Positions 18,674 to 27,473 of a DNA stretch of 64,000 nucleotides are shown piece after piece (the first letter of the stretch is position 1; every line of letters starts with the position of its first letter). This DNA is from Acidimicrobiales bacterium (GTDB lineage Bacteria; Actinomycetota; Acidimicrobiia; Acidimicrobiales; VFJN01), in NCBI GenBank assembly GCA_046598715.1, contig JBKJIE010000093.1, forward strand, positions 16,964 to 80,963, read 5' to 3'. Both the position numbers and the translations under genes were made by a program. The notes beneath the pieces were generated by a model that ran no database searches, was not told where the DNA came from, and was given only the letters and a program-made list of their open reading frames with translations.

Positions 18674-19447
18674 GTGGATCTCACGCAACGCTTGTCCGGG
18701 AGGGTCGCCGTCATCACCGGCGGCGCGGGCGGCATCGGCCTGGCCACCGCCCGCCGCCTCGCTGCGGAGGGGGCCACGGTGGTGATCGCTGATCTCGACG
18801 ACGCCAGCGGCGCGGCCGCCGCGGAGGCCGTGGGTGGGCTGTTCATCGCCACCGATGTCACCGACGACGCGCAGGTGGAGGCGCTCTTCGCCCGCACCCG
18901 CGACACCTACGGCGCGGTCGACGTGGCCTTCAACAATGCGGGGATCTCGCCGCCCGACGACGATTCGATCCTCACCACGGGGCTCGACGCGTGGCGTCGC
19001 GTGCAGGACGTGAACCTCACCTCGGTGTACCTGTGCTGCAGGCACGCGCTGCCCCACATGCAGCGGCAGGGTCGGGGATCCATCATCAACACGGCGTCGT
19101 TCGTGGCCGTGATGGGGTCGGCCACCTCGCAGATCTCCTACACGGCGTCCAAGGGGGGTGTGCTGGCCATGAGCCGCGAGCTGGCCGTGCAGTTCGCGCG
19201 CGAGGGCATCCGGGTCAACGCGCTGTGCCCCGGCCCGGTGAACACGCCGCTGCTCCAGGAGCTCTTCGCCAAGGACCCGGCCCGCGCCGCGCGACGCCTG
19301 GTGCACATCCCGATGGGCCGCTTCGCCGAGGCCGACGAGATCGCGGCTGCGGTGGCCTTCCTCGCCAGCGACGACGCCTCCTTCGTGACCGGCTCCACCT
19401 TCCTCGTCGACGGCGGCATCTCCGGGGCCTACGTCACGCCAGAGTGA
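18674..19447 (+). CDS. SDR family oxidoreductase (3-oxoacyl-ACP reductase-like)
   Basis: TGGAGGIG, NNAG, and the S...YTASK catalytic motif. It lies 12 nt downstream of the ALDH gene. Confidence 0.85.
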   Translation: MDLTQRLSGRVAVITGGAGGIGLATARRLAAEGATVVIADLDDASGAAAAEAVGGLFIATDVTDDAQVEALFARTRDTYGAVDVAFNNAGISPPDDDSILTTGLDAWRRVQDVNLTSVYLCCRHALPHMQRQGRGSIINTASFVAVMGSATSQISYTASKGGVLAMSRELAVQFAREGIRVNALCPGPVNTPLLQELFAKDPARAARRLVHIPMGRFAEADEIAAAVAFLASDDASFVTGSTFLVDGGISGAYVTPE

Positions 19448-19457
19448 ACGCCTTCAG

Positions 19458-21734
19458 CTACTGGCGGGCGATGGCTTCCTCCGCGGCGATCTCGGGATCC
19501 TCGACGGCGGCGCCGGCCACATCGATGTCGACCCGGTGCAGCGTGCCGGTGAACTCGAACCGACCGCGGTAGTCCTCGTCAGCGGGGGAGAAGTCTGGCG
19601 ACCAGCCGGCGGTGAGGCCGGCGCCGGTCAGCGAGAAGCGGCTCCACACCGTGCGCTTCACCTCGCCGGAGCCGATCACCTCGCCGTCGACGAGCAGCTC
19701 CACGGTCGGTGGGTCGAACCGCATCGACAGGGTGTGGTCGCCGGGCGTGAGGCGACCGCCGGGGACGGTCGCCTCCACCCGGTACACGCGCCAACCGGCC
19801 AGGTTGTGCACGTACACGAGCCGGCCGTCGCCGAGGAGGTGGAACGACCAGCCGCCGAGCACTGAGCCTTGGACCGCCAGCACCCCCTCGACCGTTGCCA
19901 GGCTCTCGGGGATCGTGACGTGCGCCGTGATGGCGTGGGCCCGGCTGCGCACGTTCACGGCCACGCTCTCGGCGACGGGGGAGCGCCCCGGCCAGTAGGT
20001 GTACCGCGCTCGCTCGCGCACCGACGACGCTCGCTCGAACACGAGCTCGGAGAACGGGCGGTTGTCGAGCGGCAGCACGTTGTTGCGCTCCGCCTCCACC
20101 CACCACCACGCCACCATCGCAGCGAGCCGATCCGGTTCGGCCTCCGCGAGGTCATGGCACTCCGAGGGGTCGGCGCGCAGGTCGTAGAGCTCCCAGGGCG
20201 CCTTGTCGAGACCAGGCTCCTCCACCTGCACCTCGTGGTAGGTCACCGCCTTCCACCCGTCCTGGTAGAGGGCCCGACACCCGAGCATCTCGTAGTACTG
20301 GGTGGTGTGGCGCTCAGGCGCCTCGGCCTCGGCGAACGAGTAGGCGAAGCTCACGCCATCGAGCGACATCTGCTCCACCCCGTTGACCGCCTCTGGCATC
20401 TCGATGCCGATCACCTCCAGCAGCGTGGGGACGATGTCGACGGCGTGCACGTACTGGCTCCGCACCTCGCCGCTGGCCCCGAGCCCACGCGGCCAGTGGA
20501 CGATGAGCGGATCGGCGACACCGCCCTCGTGGGTCTCGCGCTTCCAGCGCCGGAAGGGCGTGTTGCCGGCGACCGTCCAGCCCCACGGGTAGTTGTTGTG
20601 GATGCGGGGGCCGCCGATGTCGTCGAGACGACCAGCGGCCTCCTCGACCGTGCGGGGGAGAGCGTTCCAGACGCGGGCGTCGTTCAGTGATCCGAACGGA
20701 CCTCCCTCCGATGACGCGCCGTTGTCGGAGAGCACGATGATCACCGTGTTGTCGAGCTCGCCGAGCCCGTCGAGGCGGGCCACGAGCCGGCCGATCTCGG
20801 CATCGGTGTGCGAGAGGAAGCCCGCGAACGCCTCCATGTAGCGCGCGTACACGCGCCGCTCCTCAGCGGAGAGAGAGTCCCAGGCCGGCACCCAGTCCGG
20901 TCGCTCCGAGAGCTCGGCATGCGGCGGCATCACCCCCGTTGCCTTCTGGCGAGCCAGCGTCGCCTCCCGCCAGGTGTCCCATCCAGCGTCGAAGTGCTCG
21001 TGGTAGTGCTCGATCCACGTCGCTGGCGACTGATGGGGCGAGTGACACGCACCGGTGGCCAGGTACAGGAACCACGGCTTGTCCACGTCGACGTTGCGGA
21101 GGTCCTCGATGAACTCGATCGAGTGGTCGACGAGGTCGGTGGTGAGGTGATAGCCGTCCTCGTAGGTGCCCGGCGGCTCGACCTGGTGGTTGTCGTGGAT
21201 CAGAGCGGGCACGAACTGGTGGGTCTCGCCGGGGAAGAACCCATAGAAGCGCTCGAAGCCGCGTCCGAGGGGCCACCGGTCACGGCGAGCACCGAGGTGC
21301 TCTTCGTCCTCGGGTGTCAGGTGCCACTTGCCCACCGCGTAGGCCGCATAGCCGTGCGGCGTGAGGATGGCGGGCAGCATGCCGCAGGCCTTGGGGATCC
21401 GACCGTCGTAGCCCGGGAAGCCGGTGGCCAGGTCGACGATGCGGCCCACACCGGTGCGGTGGTGGTTGCGACCCGTGAGCACGCAGGCGCGCGTGGGCGA
21501 GCAGAGCGCGGTGGTGTGGAAGCTCGAGTAGCGCAGCCCGCCGGCGGCCAGCGCGTCGAGGTGCGGCGTGGCGATGTCGGAACCGAAGCAGCCAAGCTGC
21601 GCGAAGCCGACGTCGTCGAGGATGACGAGCAGCACGTTGGGTGCGGCCTCGGGCGGACGCGGGTCATCCGGCCACCAGGCCGTCGACTCCCAGTGGTAGC
21701 GACCAATCGTGCCCTTGAACTCCCCGGGTTCCAT
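19458..21734 (-). CDS. Arylsulfatase-type sulfatase (Cys-type, ~758 aa, with C-terminal beta-rich extension)
   Basis: Sulfatase signature LCSPTRACVLTGR (CxPxR) after LVILDDVGF, and SDNGAS later in the sequence. Confidence 0.9.
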   Translation of the reverse strand: MEPGEFKGTIGRYHWESTAWWPDDPRPPEAAPNVLLVILDDVGFAQLGCFGSDIATPHLDALAAGGLRYSSFHTTALCSPTRACVLTGRNHHRTGVGRIVDLATGFPGYDGRIPKACGMLPAILTPHGYAAYAVGKWHLTPEDEEHLGARRDRWPLGRGFERFYGFFPGETHQFVPALIHDNHQVEPPGTYEDGYHLTTDLVDHSIEFIEDLRNVDVDKPWFLYLATGACHSPHQSPATWIEHYHEHFDAGWDTWREATLARQKATGVMPPHAELSERPDWVPAWDSLSAEERRVYARYMEAFAGFLSHTDAEIGRLVARLDGLGELDNTVIIVLSDNGASSEGGPFGSLNDARVWNALPRTVEEAAGRLDDIGGPRIHNNYPWGWTVAGNTPFRRWKRETHEGGVADPLIVHWPRGLGASGEVRSQYVHAVDIVPTLLEVIGIEMPEAVNGVEQMSLDGVSFAYSFAEAEAPERHTTQYYEMLGCRALYQDGWKAVTYHEVQVEEPGLDKAPWELYDLRADPSECHDLAEAEPDRLAAMVAWWWVEAERNNVLPLDNRPFSELVFERASSVRERARYTYWPGRSPVAESVAVNVRSRAHAITAHVTIPESLATVEGVLAVQGSVLGGWSFHLLGDGRLVYVHNLAGWRVYRVEATVPGGRLTPGDHTLSMRFDPPTVELLVDGEVIGSGEVKRTVWSRFSLTGAGLTAGWSPDFSPADEDYRGRFEFTGTLHRVDIDVAGAAVEDPEIAAEEAIARQ

Positions 21735-21779
21735 GGCAGCAGCATGCCCGACCGGCCGGCGCCGGTCGGCAGCGGCGAG

Positions 21780-22106
21780 CTACGGCTCCATCACGACCCA
21801 GCCCCGTCGCTGCAGCTCGGCGGCGAGCTGCTCGGCGGGCACCTTGCGCAGCGCCTGCTCCGCCGCGGACAGCCGGGGTGCGGCCACGCGGGCGACACCG
21901 GGGCCCGAATCGTCGGCCGGTTGCAGACCCTCGATGAACGCGTCGGCCTCGTCGCGCGTGAACTTGCCACCGGCCTGGCGTTGGGTGAACCCCATCGGGC
22001 CGCGCGCGTCCTTGAAGTCGGCGTGACCGGCCTCTTGGAGCAGCCCCAGCAGCTCCTGGACCTGCTTGCTGGAGGCGGGGGGACCGGATTGCTGACCGAA
22101 TGCCAT
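21780..22106 (-). CDS. Small hypothetical protein (108 aa)
   Basis: Only the C-terminal 108 aa of ORF 21780..22907 have non-shadow composition (MAFGQQSGPPASSKQVQELLGLL...). ATG at 22106-22104. Confidence 0.5.
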   Translation of the reverse strand: MAFGQQSGPPASSKQVQELLGLLQEAGHADFKDARGPMGFTQRQAGGKFTRDEADAFIEGLQPADDSGPGVARVAAPRLSAAEQALRKVPAEQLAAELQRRGWVVMEP

Positions 22107-22250
22107 GCCCGCAGTCTCACACTGGGGTACGACAACGCCCGCCATGCCCCGGCGCCGCGACACGTCGCGCGACGAGATCCGCCGGGGGCTGTCGCGAACG
22201 ACGCTCCGGCCAGTAGGTTCATACGCCCGTTCACCGCCGGAAGAAGACCC

Positions 22251-22625
22251 ATGCCGACCGTCAAGACCCTCACCCTCGCCAAGCACCGCAAGAACCTCGA
22301 GGCCCTCCGCGCCGCGACGGAGCAGCGGATCGAGATCCTGCAGCGGGGGTACGACGAGCTCATCGAGGCGGGGGACGACGTCGGCGCCGGTGACGACGAG
22401 GGGGGCTCCGAGGCCGACGGCAGCTTCGTCGAGCGTGACCGTCTTCGTGCCCAGGTCGGCGAGGAGCGCATCCTGCTCGAGGCCGTGGACGCCGCGCTGG
22501 CCCGCGCCCAGAGCCGCACGTGGCAGCAGTGCCGTTCGTGTGGGGAGTCGATCGGGATCGAGCGCCTCGAGGCACTTCCCACCGCCGACAGCTGCGTGAG
22601 CTGCAAGGCCCGCCAGTCCTGGTGA
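22251..22625 (+). CDS. DksA/TraR-family C4 zinc-finger protein
   Basis: ATG 22251. Coiled-coil N-terminus, then CRSCGESIGIERLEALPTADSCVSC (CxxC-x17-CxxC). Confidence 0.75.
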   Translation: MPTVKTLTLAKHRKNLEALRAATEQRIEILQRGYDELIEAGDDVGAGDDEGGSEADGSFVERDRLRAQVGEERILLEAVDAALARAQSRTWQQCRSCGESIGIERLEALPTADSCVSCKARQSW

Positions 22626-22718
22626 TGCGCCGCCCCCGCTAGCCCTGGCCAACGCTCCTGGCCGCCGACCACCAGGTGCTCGGGCCAAGATGGCAGGCGT
22701 GACCAGGACCAGGCGCCC

Positions 22719-23999
22719 GTGCTCCTCCTGAGCGACCTGGTGGGCTCCGACGTCCGCGCCGCGGATGGCGAGGTCATCGGCCGTCTCGTCGACCTGGCGG
22801 TCGAGGTCGGCGATGACCACCCTGCGGTCAGCCGGCTGGTCATCGGTCGGCGACGCCGCAACCTGGCCGTCGTCGACTGGGTCGACGTGCTCTCCTTCGA
22901 GCACCACGACATCCAGCTGGCGACCTCAGGCGCGGCGCTGGCGGAGTGGAGCGCCGACCTCGGTTCGCGTGAGCTGCTCCTCGGGCGCGACGTGCTCGAC
23001 ACGCAGATCGTCGATGTGGGCGGCAAGCGGTTGGCGCGGGTGTCCGAAGTGCTTCTGGCCCGATCCGACGCGGCGGTGCGCGTGGTTGCCGTCGAGGTGG
23101 GTCCCGCTGGCGTGTGGCGACGCCTCGGGCTCGATCGCCTGGCTGCCCGCACCCCGGAGCAGGCCGTCGACTGGCTCGACCTGCACCTCACCTCGGCGCG
23201 AGGTCATGCCATGCAGCTCGCCATCCCTGGTGCGGCCGTGCATCGGCTCGGCGGACCGGAGCTGGCCTCGGTGGTGGCACACCTGTCCACCCCCCGGGCC
23301 GCGGCTGTCCTCGACGCCGTGCACCCTGACATGGCGGCCAGCGCCCTGAGCGCGTCGCACCCTCGTGTGGGGGCACGGCTGCTGGATGCGGTGTCGAGGC
23401 GGACGGCGTCGTCGGTGGTGGCCCGGATGCCCATCGACGACGCGGCCGCGGTGCTGCGCGGCCTCCACGCCGATGCGATCGCGGCGCTCCTCGGCGACAT
23501 GGAGTCGGAGCGGGCGGCCACCCTGCGTCGCCTGCTCGCCCACCCCGCGGGCACCGCCGGGGGGCTGATGAACACCGACGTGCGCACGGCTGCGATCGGC
23601 GAACCGGTGGAGGCCATACGGACAAGGCTCGCCGCCGACATGCCTCGGCTCGAGGGGCTGGCCACCGTGTTCGTGGTCGACGAGGCGGGGCGCCCGGTCG
23701 GCAGCTTTGAGCCGATCGATCTGCTCGCCGGCCGGACCACGCCGCGCCACGTGCCGACCGTCGCCGTGACGCTGCCGGTGGATCGGGTGATCGACCTCTT
23801 CGCGCTGCAGGATCACCTGGCCCTGCCGGTCGTCGACGCCGAGGAACGCCTGGTTGGGGTGGTCGCCCTCGATGACGTGCTCGAGGAGCTGTTGGCCGAG
23901 CGGCTCCCCGGCCAGGGCCGCTACGCCCGGGTCAGGCGTCGAGCCCGGGAACTGCGATCGAGCCGGCCACGGGCCACGCCGCCAACCGCTGGGCCGTGA
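22719..23999 (+). CDS. Soluble PRC-barrel + MgtE_N-like + CBS-pair protein (no TM domain)
   Basis: N-terminal PRC-barrel-like LLSDLVGSDVRAADGEVIGRLVDL. Central helical-repeat region resembling the MgtE intracellular N domain. C-terminal CBS pair (GGLMNTDVRTA...VFVVDEAGRPVG...LPVVDAEERLVGVVALDDVLEEL). There are no hydrophobic helices. Confidence 0.8.
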   Translation: MLLLSDLVGSDVRAADGEVIGRLVDLAVEVGDDHPAVSRLVIGRRRRNLAVVDWVDVLSFEHHDIQLATSGAALAEWSADLGSRELLLGRDVLDTQIVDVGGKRLARVSEVLLARSDAAVRVVAVEVGPAGVWRRLGLDRLAARTPEQAVDWLDLHLTSARGHAMQLAIPGAAVHRLGGPELASVVAHLSTPRAAAVLDAVHPDMAASALSASHPRVGARLLDAVSRRTASSVVARMPIDDAAAVLRGLHADAIAALLGDMESERAATLRRLLAHPAGTAGGLMNTDVRTAAIGEPVEAIRTRLAADMPRLEGLATVFVVDEAGRPVGSFEPIDLLAGRTTPRHVPTVAVTLPVDRVIDLFALQDHLALPVVDAEERLVGVVALDDVLEELLAERLPGQGRYARVRRRARELRSSRPRATPPTAGP

Positions 24000-25222
24000 T
24001 GCCGCTACGTCGCCGACTCGCCGTCCTCGCCGCCGTGATGGGCCCGGGTCTGCTGGCCGGGCTGTCCGACGACGACCCGGCGGGGATCACCACCTACTCG
24101 GTGCTGGGTGCCGAGCACGGCTACCGCCTCCTGTGGGTGCTGCTGCTGTCCACGGTCGCGCTCGTGCTCTTCCACGACCTCGGGGCCCGCATGGGCGTGG
24201 TCACCGGCCAGGGCCTCACCGGGTTGGTGCGCGAGGCCTACGGCGTGCGCCGAGCCGCCGTGGCGGTGGCCGCGCTGGTGATCGCCAACGTGGGGACCAC
24301 CTGCGCCGAGTTCGCTGGGATCGCCGCAGGCTTCGAGCTCTTCGGGGTGAGCCGTTACATGAGCGTGCCCCTCGCCGCGGCTGGTGTCTCGCTGCTCGTC
24401 ATGCGCGGGAGCTTCCACCGGGTCGAGCACGTGCTCATGGCGGTCAGCGCCGTCTTCGTGACCTACGTGCTCGCCGGCGTGCTGGCCCACCCCGACTGGG
24501 GCGCAGCGCTGCACGGCACCATCGCGCCCACCCTGCCCCGTTCGCGCGACGCCATCGCGCTTGCCACCGCCACGATCGGCACCACCCTCGCGCCCTGGGG
24601 ACTCAGCTTCATCCAGTCGTACGCGGCCGACAAGCGACTGAGCTCGGAGGAGCTGCGCTACGAGCGGGTCGATGTCGTCATGGGTGCGTGTCTCACGGGC
24701 ATCATCGGGTTCTTCATCGTGATCGCCTGCGCGGCAACGCTCAACCCCAAGGGTGTGTCGATCAACGACGCTGCCGACGCGGCCCGCGCCCTGGAGCCTC
24801 TGGCCGGTGCCCTGGCCGGGAAGCTCTTCGGGGTGGGTCTCATCGGCGCCGCCCTGCTGGCCGCCTCGATCCTGCCGCTGTCCACGGCCTACTCGGTGAG
24901 CGAGTTCGTGGGCCGAGAGGCAGCGGTCGACGACCGGCCTCGAGAGGCACCCCTCTTCTACGGCACCTACGCGGTCATCGTGGTGGTGGGGGCTGGCGTC
25001 ATCCTCGTGCCAGGTGCCCCGCTGGTGTCGATCCTGGTGCTCACCCAGATCCTCAACGCAGTGCTCCTGCTGCCGCTCCTGGCCTTCATGTACGGCATCT
25101 CACGCAACCGCACTCTCATGGGTGACCACGTGGCCACTCGGGCCGCCGCTGGCGGCTACCTCGTGGCCATCGCCTTCATCGGCACCTGCGTCGCGGCGCT
25201 CGGGGTGCTGTCGCTCACCTGA
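23996..25222 (+). CDS. Nramp-family divalent cation transporter with NRMT-type (Mg2+-type) binding-site residues
   Basis: 408 aa and ~11 predicted TM segments. TM1 reads DDDPAG where the canonical motif is DPGN. TM6 reads GTTLAPW where the canonical motif is GA(T/V)xMPH. The start GTG 23996 or ATG 23999 overlaps the upstream TGA at 23997-23999. Confidence 0.85.
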   Translation: MMPLRRRLAVLAAVMGPGLLAGLSDDDPAGITTYSVLGAEHGYRLLWVLLLSTVALVLFHDLGARMGVVTGQGLTGLVREAYGVRRAAVAVAALVIANVGTTCAEFAGIAAGFELFGVSRYMSVPLAAAGVSLLVMRGSFHRVEHVLMAVSAVFVTYVLAGVLAHPDWGAALHGTIAPTLPRSRDAIALATATIGTTLAPWGLSFIQSYAADKRLSSEELRYERVDVVMGACLTGIIGFFIVIACAATLNPKGVSINDAADAARALEPLAGALAGKLFGVGLIGAALLAASILPLSTAYSVSEFVGREAAVDDRPREAPLFYGTYAVIVVVGAGVILVPGAPLVSILVLTQILNAVLLLPLLAFMYGISRNRTLMGDHVATRAAAGGYLVAIAFIGTCVAALGVLSLT

Positions 25223-25271
25223 GGCGCGCGTGGCGAGCGGCGAGCGGCTGCGCCAGGTAGAACCTCGAAGG

Positions 25272-26093
25272 ATGACTGCGCTCCCGCTGCTGGCTACCAA
25301 CCTCGCGGTGACCATCGGGTGCATGCTCGTGCTGTGGACGGTCAGCATCCGTCGGCGCGACCCGAGCTTCATCGACGCGTGGTGGCCGATGGGGTTCGTC
25401 GTCATCGCCTGGGTCACCTTCGCGCTCACGGACGGCGACCCCACCCGTCGAGCGGTCCTCGCCGTGCTCGCCACCGTCTGGGGCCTGCGCCTGGGCGGCT
25501 ACCTGTTCTGGCGGTGGCGTCGCGACGGCCCCGACCGGCGCTACGTGAGCATGCTGCGCCATGCCAAGGGGAGCCCCCACGTGTTCACGCTCACGCGGGT
25601 GTTCCTGCTCCAGGGCGTGCTGCTGTGGGTGGTGTCGGCGCCGTTGCAGCTCGGGCAGCGCTACGCCAGCCCGGCGGGGCTCCGACCGCTGGGTTGGATC
25701 GGAGTGATCGTGGCCGTGGTGGGGGTCGCCTTCGAGTCGGTCGGCGACGCGCAGCTCATGCGCTTCAAAGCCGACCCCGCCAACGCTGGTCAGGTGCTCC
25801 GCTCGGGACTGTGGCGGTACACGCGCCATCCCAACTACTTCGGTGACGCCTGCCTGTGGTGGGGCGTGTTCCTCGTGGCGGTGGTGAACCCCGTCACGGC
25901 CGCCGCGATCGCGGGACCATGCGTGATGACGTTCCTGCTCGCACGGTGGAGCGGCGTGGGTCCGCTCGAAGCGCGCCTCAAGCGGCACAAGCCCGACTAC
26001 GCCGACTACATCGCCCACACCAGCGGCTTCATCCCGTTGCCCCCACGCCCGACCCAGCGTCGGGCCGACACTCTCGGAGGTTCCCCGCGATGA
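25272..26093 (+). CDS. DUF1295 family membrane protein (steroid 5-alpha-reductase/ICMT-like fold)
   Basis: ATG 25272. Family-typical C-terminal region (GLWRYTRHPNYFGDACLWWG). Confidence 0.75.
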   Translation: MTALPLLATNLAVTIGCMLVLWTVSIRRRDPSFIDAWWPMGFVVIAWVTFALTDGDPTRRAVLAVLATVWGLRLGGYLFWRWRRDGPDRRYVSMLRHAKGSPHVFTLTRVFLLQGVLLWVVSAPLQLGQRYASPAGLRPLGWIGVIVAVVGVAFESVGDAQLMRFKADPANAGQVLRSGLWRYTRHPNYFGDACLWWGVFLVAVVNPVTAAAIAGPCVMTFLLARWSGVGPLEARLKRHKPDYADYIAHTSGFIPLPPRPTQRRADTLGGSPR

Positions 26094-27325
26094 GCACCGA
26101 CGTCTTCATCCTCGGCGGTCACCAGACCGACTTCGCCCGCAACTACGCCAAGGAGAGGCTCGAGGTGAGCGACCTCGTGGCCGACACCGTTTCGGGCACG
26201 CTCGCCGCCGCGCAGGTGGAGGCGTCCGCCATCGAGACGATCCATGTTGGAAACGCGTTCGGGCAGCTGTTCAACGGTCAAGGTCAGCTGGGCGGCATGC
26301 CCGCCACGGTGGAGCCAGACCTGTGGGGGGTGCCGTCGGCCCGTCACGAGGCGGCGTGTGCCTCCGGTGGCATCGCCGTGCTGGCGGCCATGGCCGAGAT
26401 CGAGGCGGGTCGCTACGACTGCGCGCTCGTGCTGGGCGTGGAGCAGGAGCGCAACGTGCGCGGCGACCAGGCCGCGCACCACCTCGGAGCGGCGGCGTGG
26501 GTGGGCCATGAGGGCGAGGGCGCCACGTTCATGTGGCCCCACATGTTCAGCCTGCTGGCCGACGAGTACGACCGCCGTTACGGGATCGACGAACGCCACC
26601 TCGGCGCGATCGCGGAGCTCAACTTCCGCAACGCCAAGCACAACCCGAACGCGCAGACGCGGGCGTGGGAGCACACGCCGGAGAGCTTCACCGCGGACGA
26701 CGTCGCCAACCCCGTGGTCGACGGTCGGATGCGGCGGACCGACTGCAGCCAGGTCACCGACGGCGGAGCGGGCGTGGTGCTCGCCGGTCGCCGCACCGCC
26801 GAGGCGTGGGCGGCCAGCCGCGGTCGCTCGGTCGACGACCTGCCGCGAGTGCTGGGATGGGGGCATCGCACCGTGGGCCTGCCCTACGACGAGAAGATCC
26901 GCCGATCGCACGACGACGAGTACGTGCTGCCCCACGTGCGCCGGGCCATCACCGATGCCTTCGGGCGAGCAGGCGTGGAGGACGTGTGGAGCGTTGATGC
27001 CGTCGAGACCCACGACTGCTTCACCCCCTCCGAGTACGCGGCGATCGACCACTTCGGGATCACCCCGGCGGGCAAGAGCTGGCAGGCCATCGAGGACGGC
27101 ACGCTCGAGCGCGACGGCGCTCTTCCCGTCAACCCGTCGGGTGGCCTCATCGGGGGCGGCCACCCCGTGGGGGCCAGCGGCGTGCGGATGGTGGTCGACG
27201 CGGCCAAGCAGGCCACCGGCACCGCGGGCGCCACGCAGGTCGACGGCGCCCGTCGAGTGGCCACCCTCAACATCGGTGGGTCGACCACCACCACCGTGTC
27301 GTTCGTCGTCGGCTTCGCCGACTGA
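26090..27325 (+). CDS. Thiolase-like protein (SCP-x/acetyl-CoA acetyltransferase family)
   Basis: ATG 26090 in an ATGA overlap with the upstream stop. Active-site Cys region HEAACASGG, and C-terminal NPSGGLIGGGHPVGASG. Confidence 0.8.
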   Translation: MSTDVFILGGHQTDFARNYAKERLEVSDLVADTVSGTLAAAQVEASAIETIHVGNAFGQLFNGQGQLGGMPATVEPDLWGVPSARHEAACASGGIAVLAAMAEIEAGRYDCALVLGVEQERNVRGDQAAHHLGAAAWVGHEGEGATFMWPHMFSLLADEYDRRYGIDERHLGAIAELNFRNAKHNPNAQTRAWEHTPESFTADDVANPVVDGRMRRTDCSQVTDGGAGVVLAGRRTAEAWAASRGRSVDDLPRVLGWGHRTVGLPYDEKIRRSHDDEYVLPHVRRAITDAFGRAGVEDVWSVDAVETHDCFTPSEYAAIDHFGITPAGKSWQAIEDGTLERDGALPVNPSGGLIGGGHPVGASGVRMVVDAAKQATGTAGATQVDGARRVATLNIGGSTTTTVSFVVGFAD

Positions 27326-27473
27326 GGGGGGGCAGGCTGAACGCCGTGCACGCGGCCTGCAACACTGGGAGCAGGCCGCTTCGACTGCTCTACATGTTCC
27401 CTGTCGATGCCTTCAGCGACGTGGCCTACGTGTTTGCAGATCCCGCCGAGAGGTACGAGGAGCCCTAGAGCGC

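Noticed and set aside
20808-22250. N-terminal 481 aa of the 605-aa ORF 20808..22625
   Set aside because: This part is antisense to the sulfatase and the small hypothetical gene and has shadow composition. Only the last 124 aa, from ATG 22251, form the DksA/TraR-type protein.
22626-22718. Possible M-box (Mg2+) riboswitch upstream of the MgtE_N/CBS-Nramp pair
   Set aside because: The gap is only ~93 nt, shorter than an M-box aptamer (~160 nt). I could not find the conserved M-box sequence blocks.
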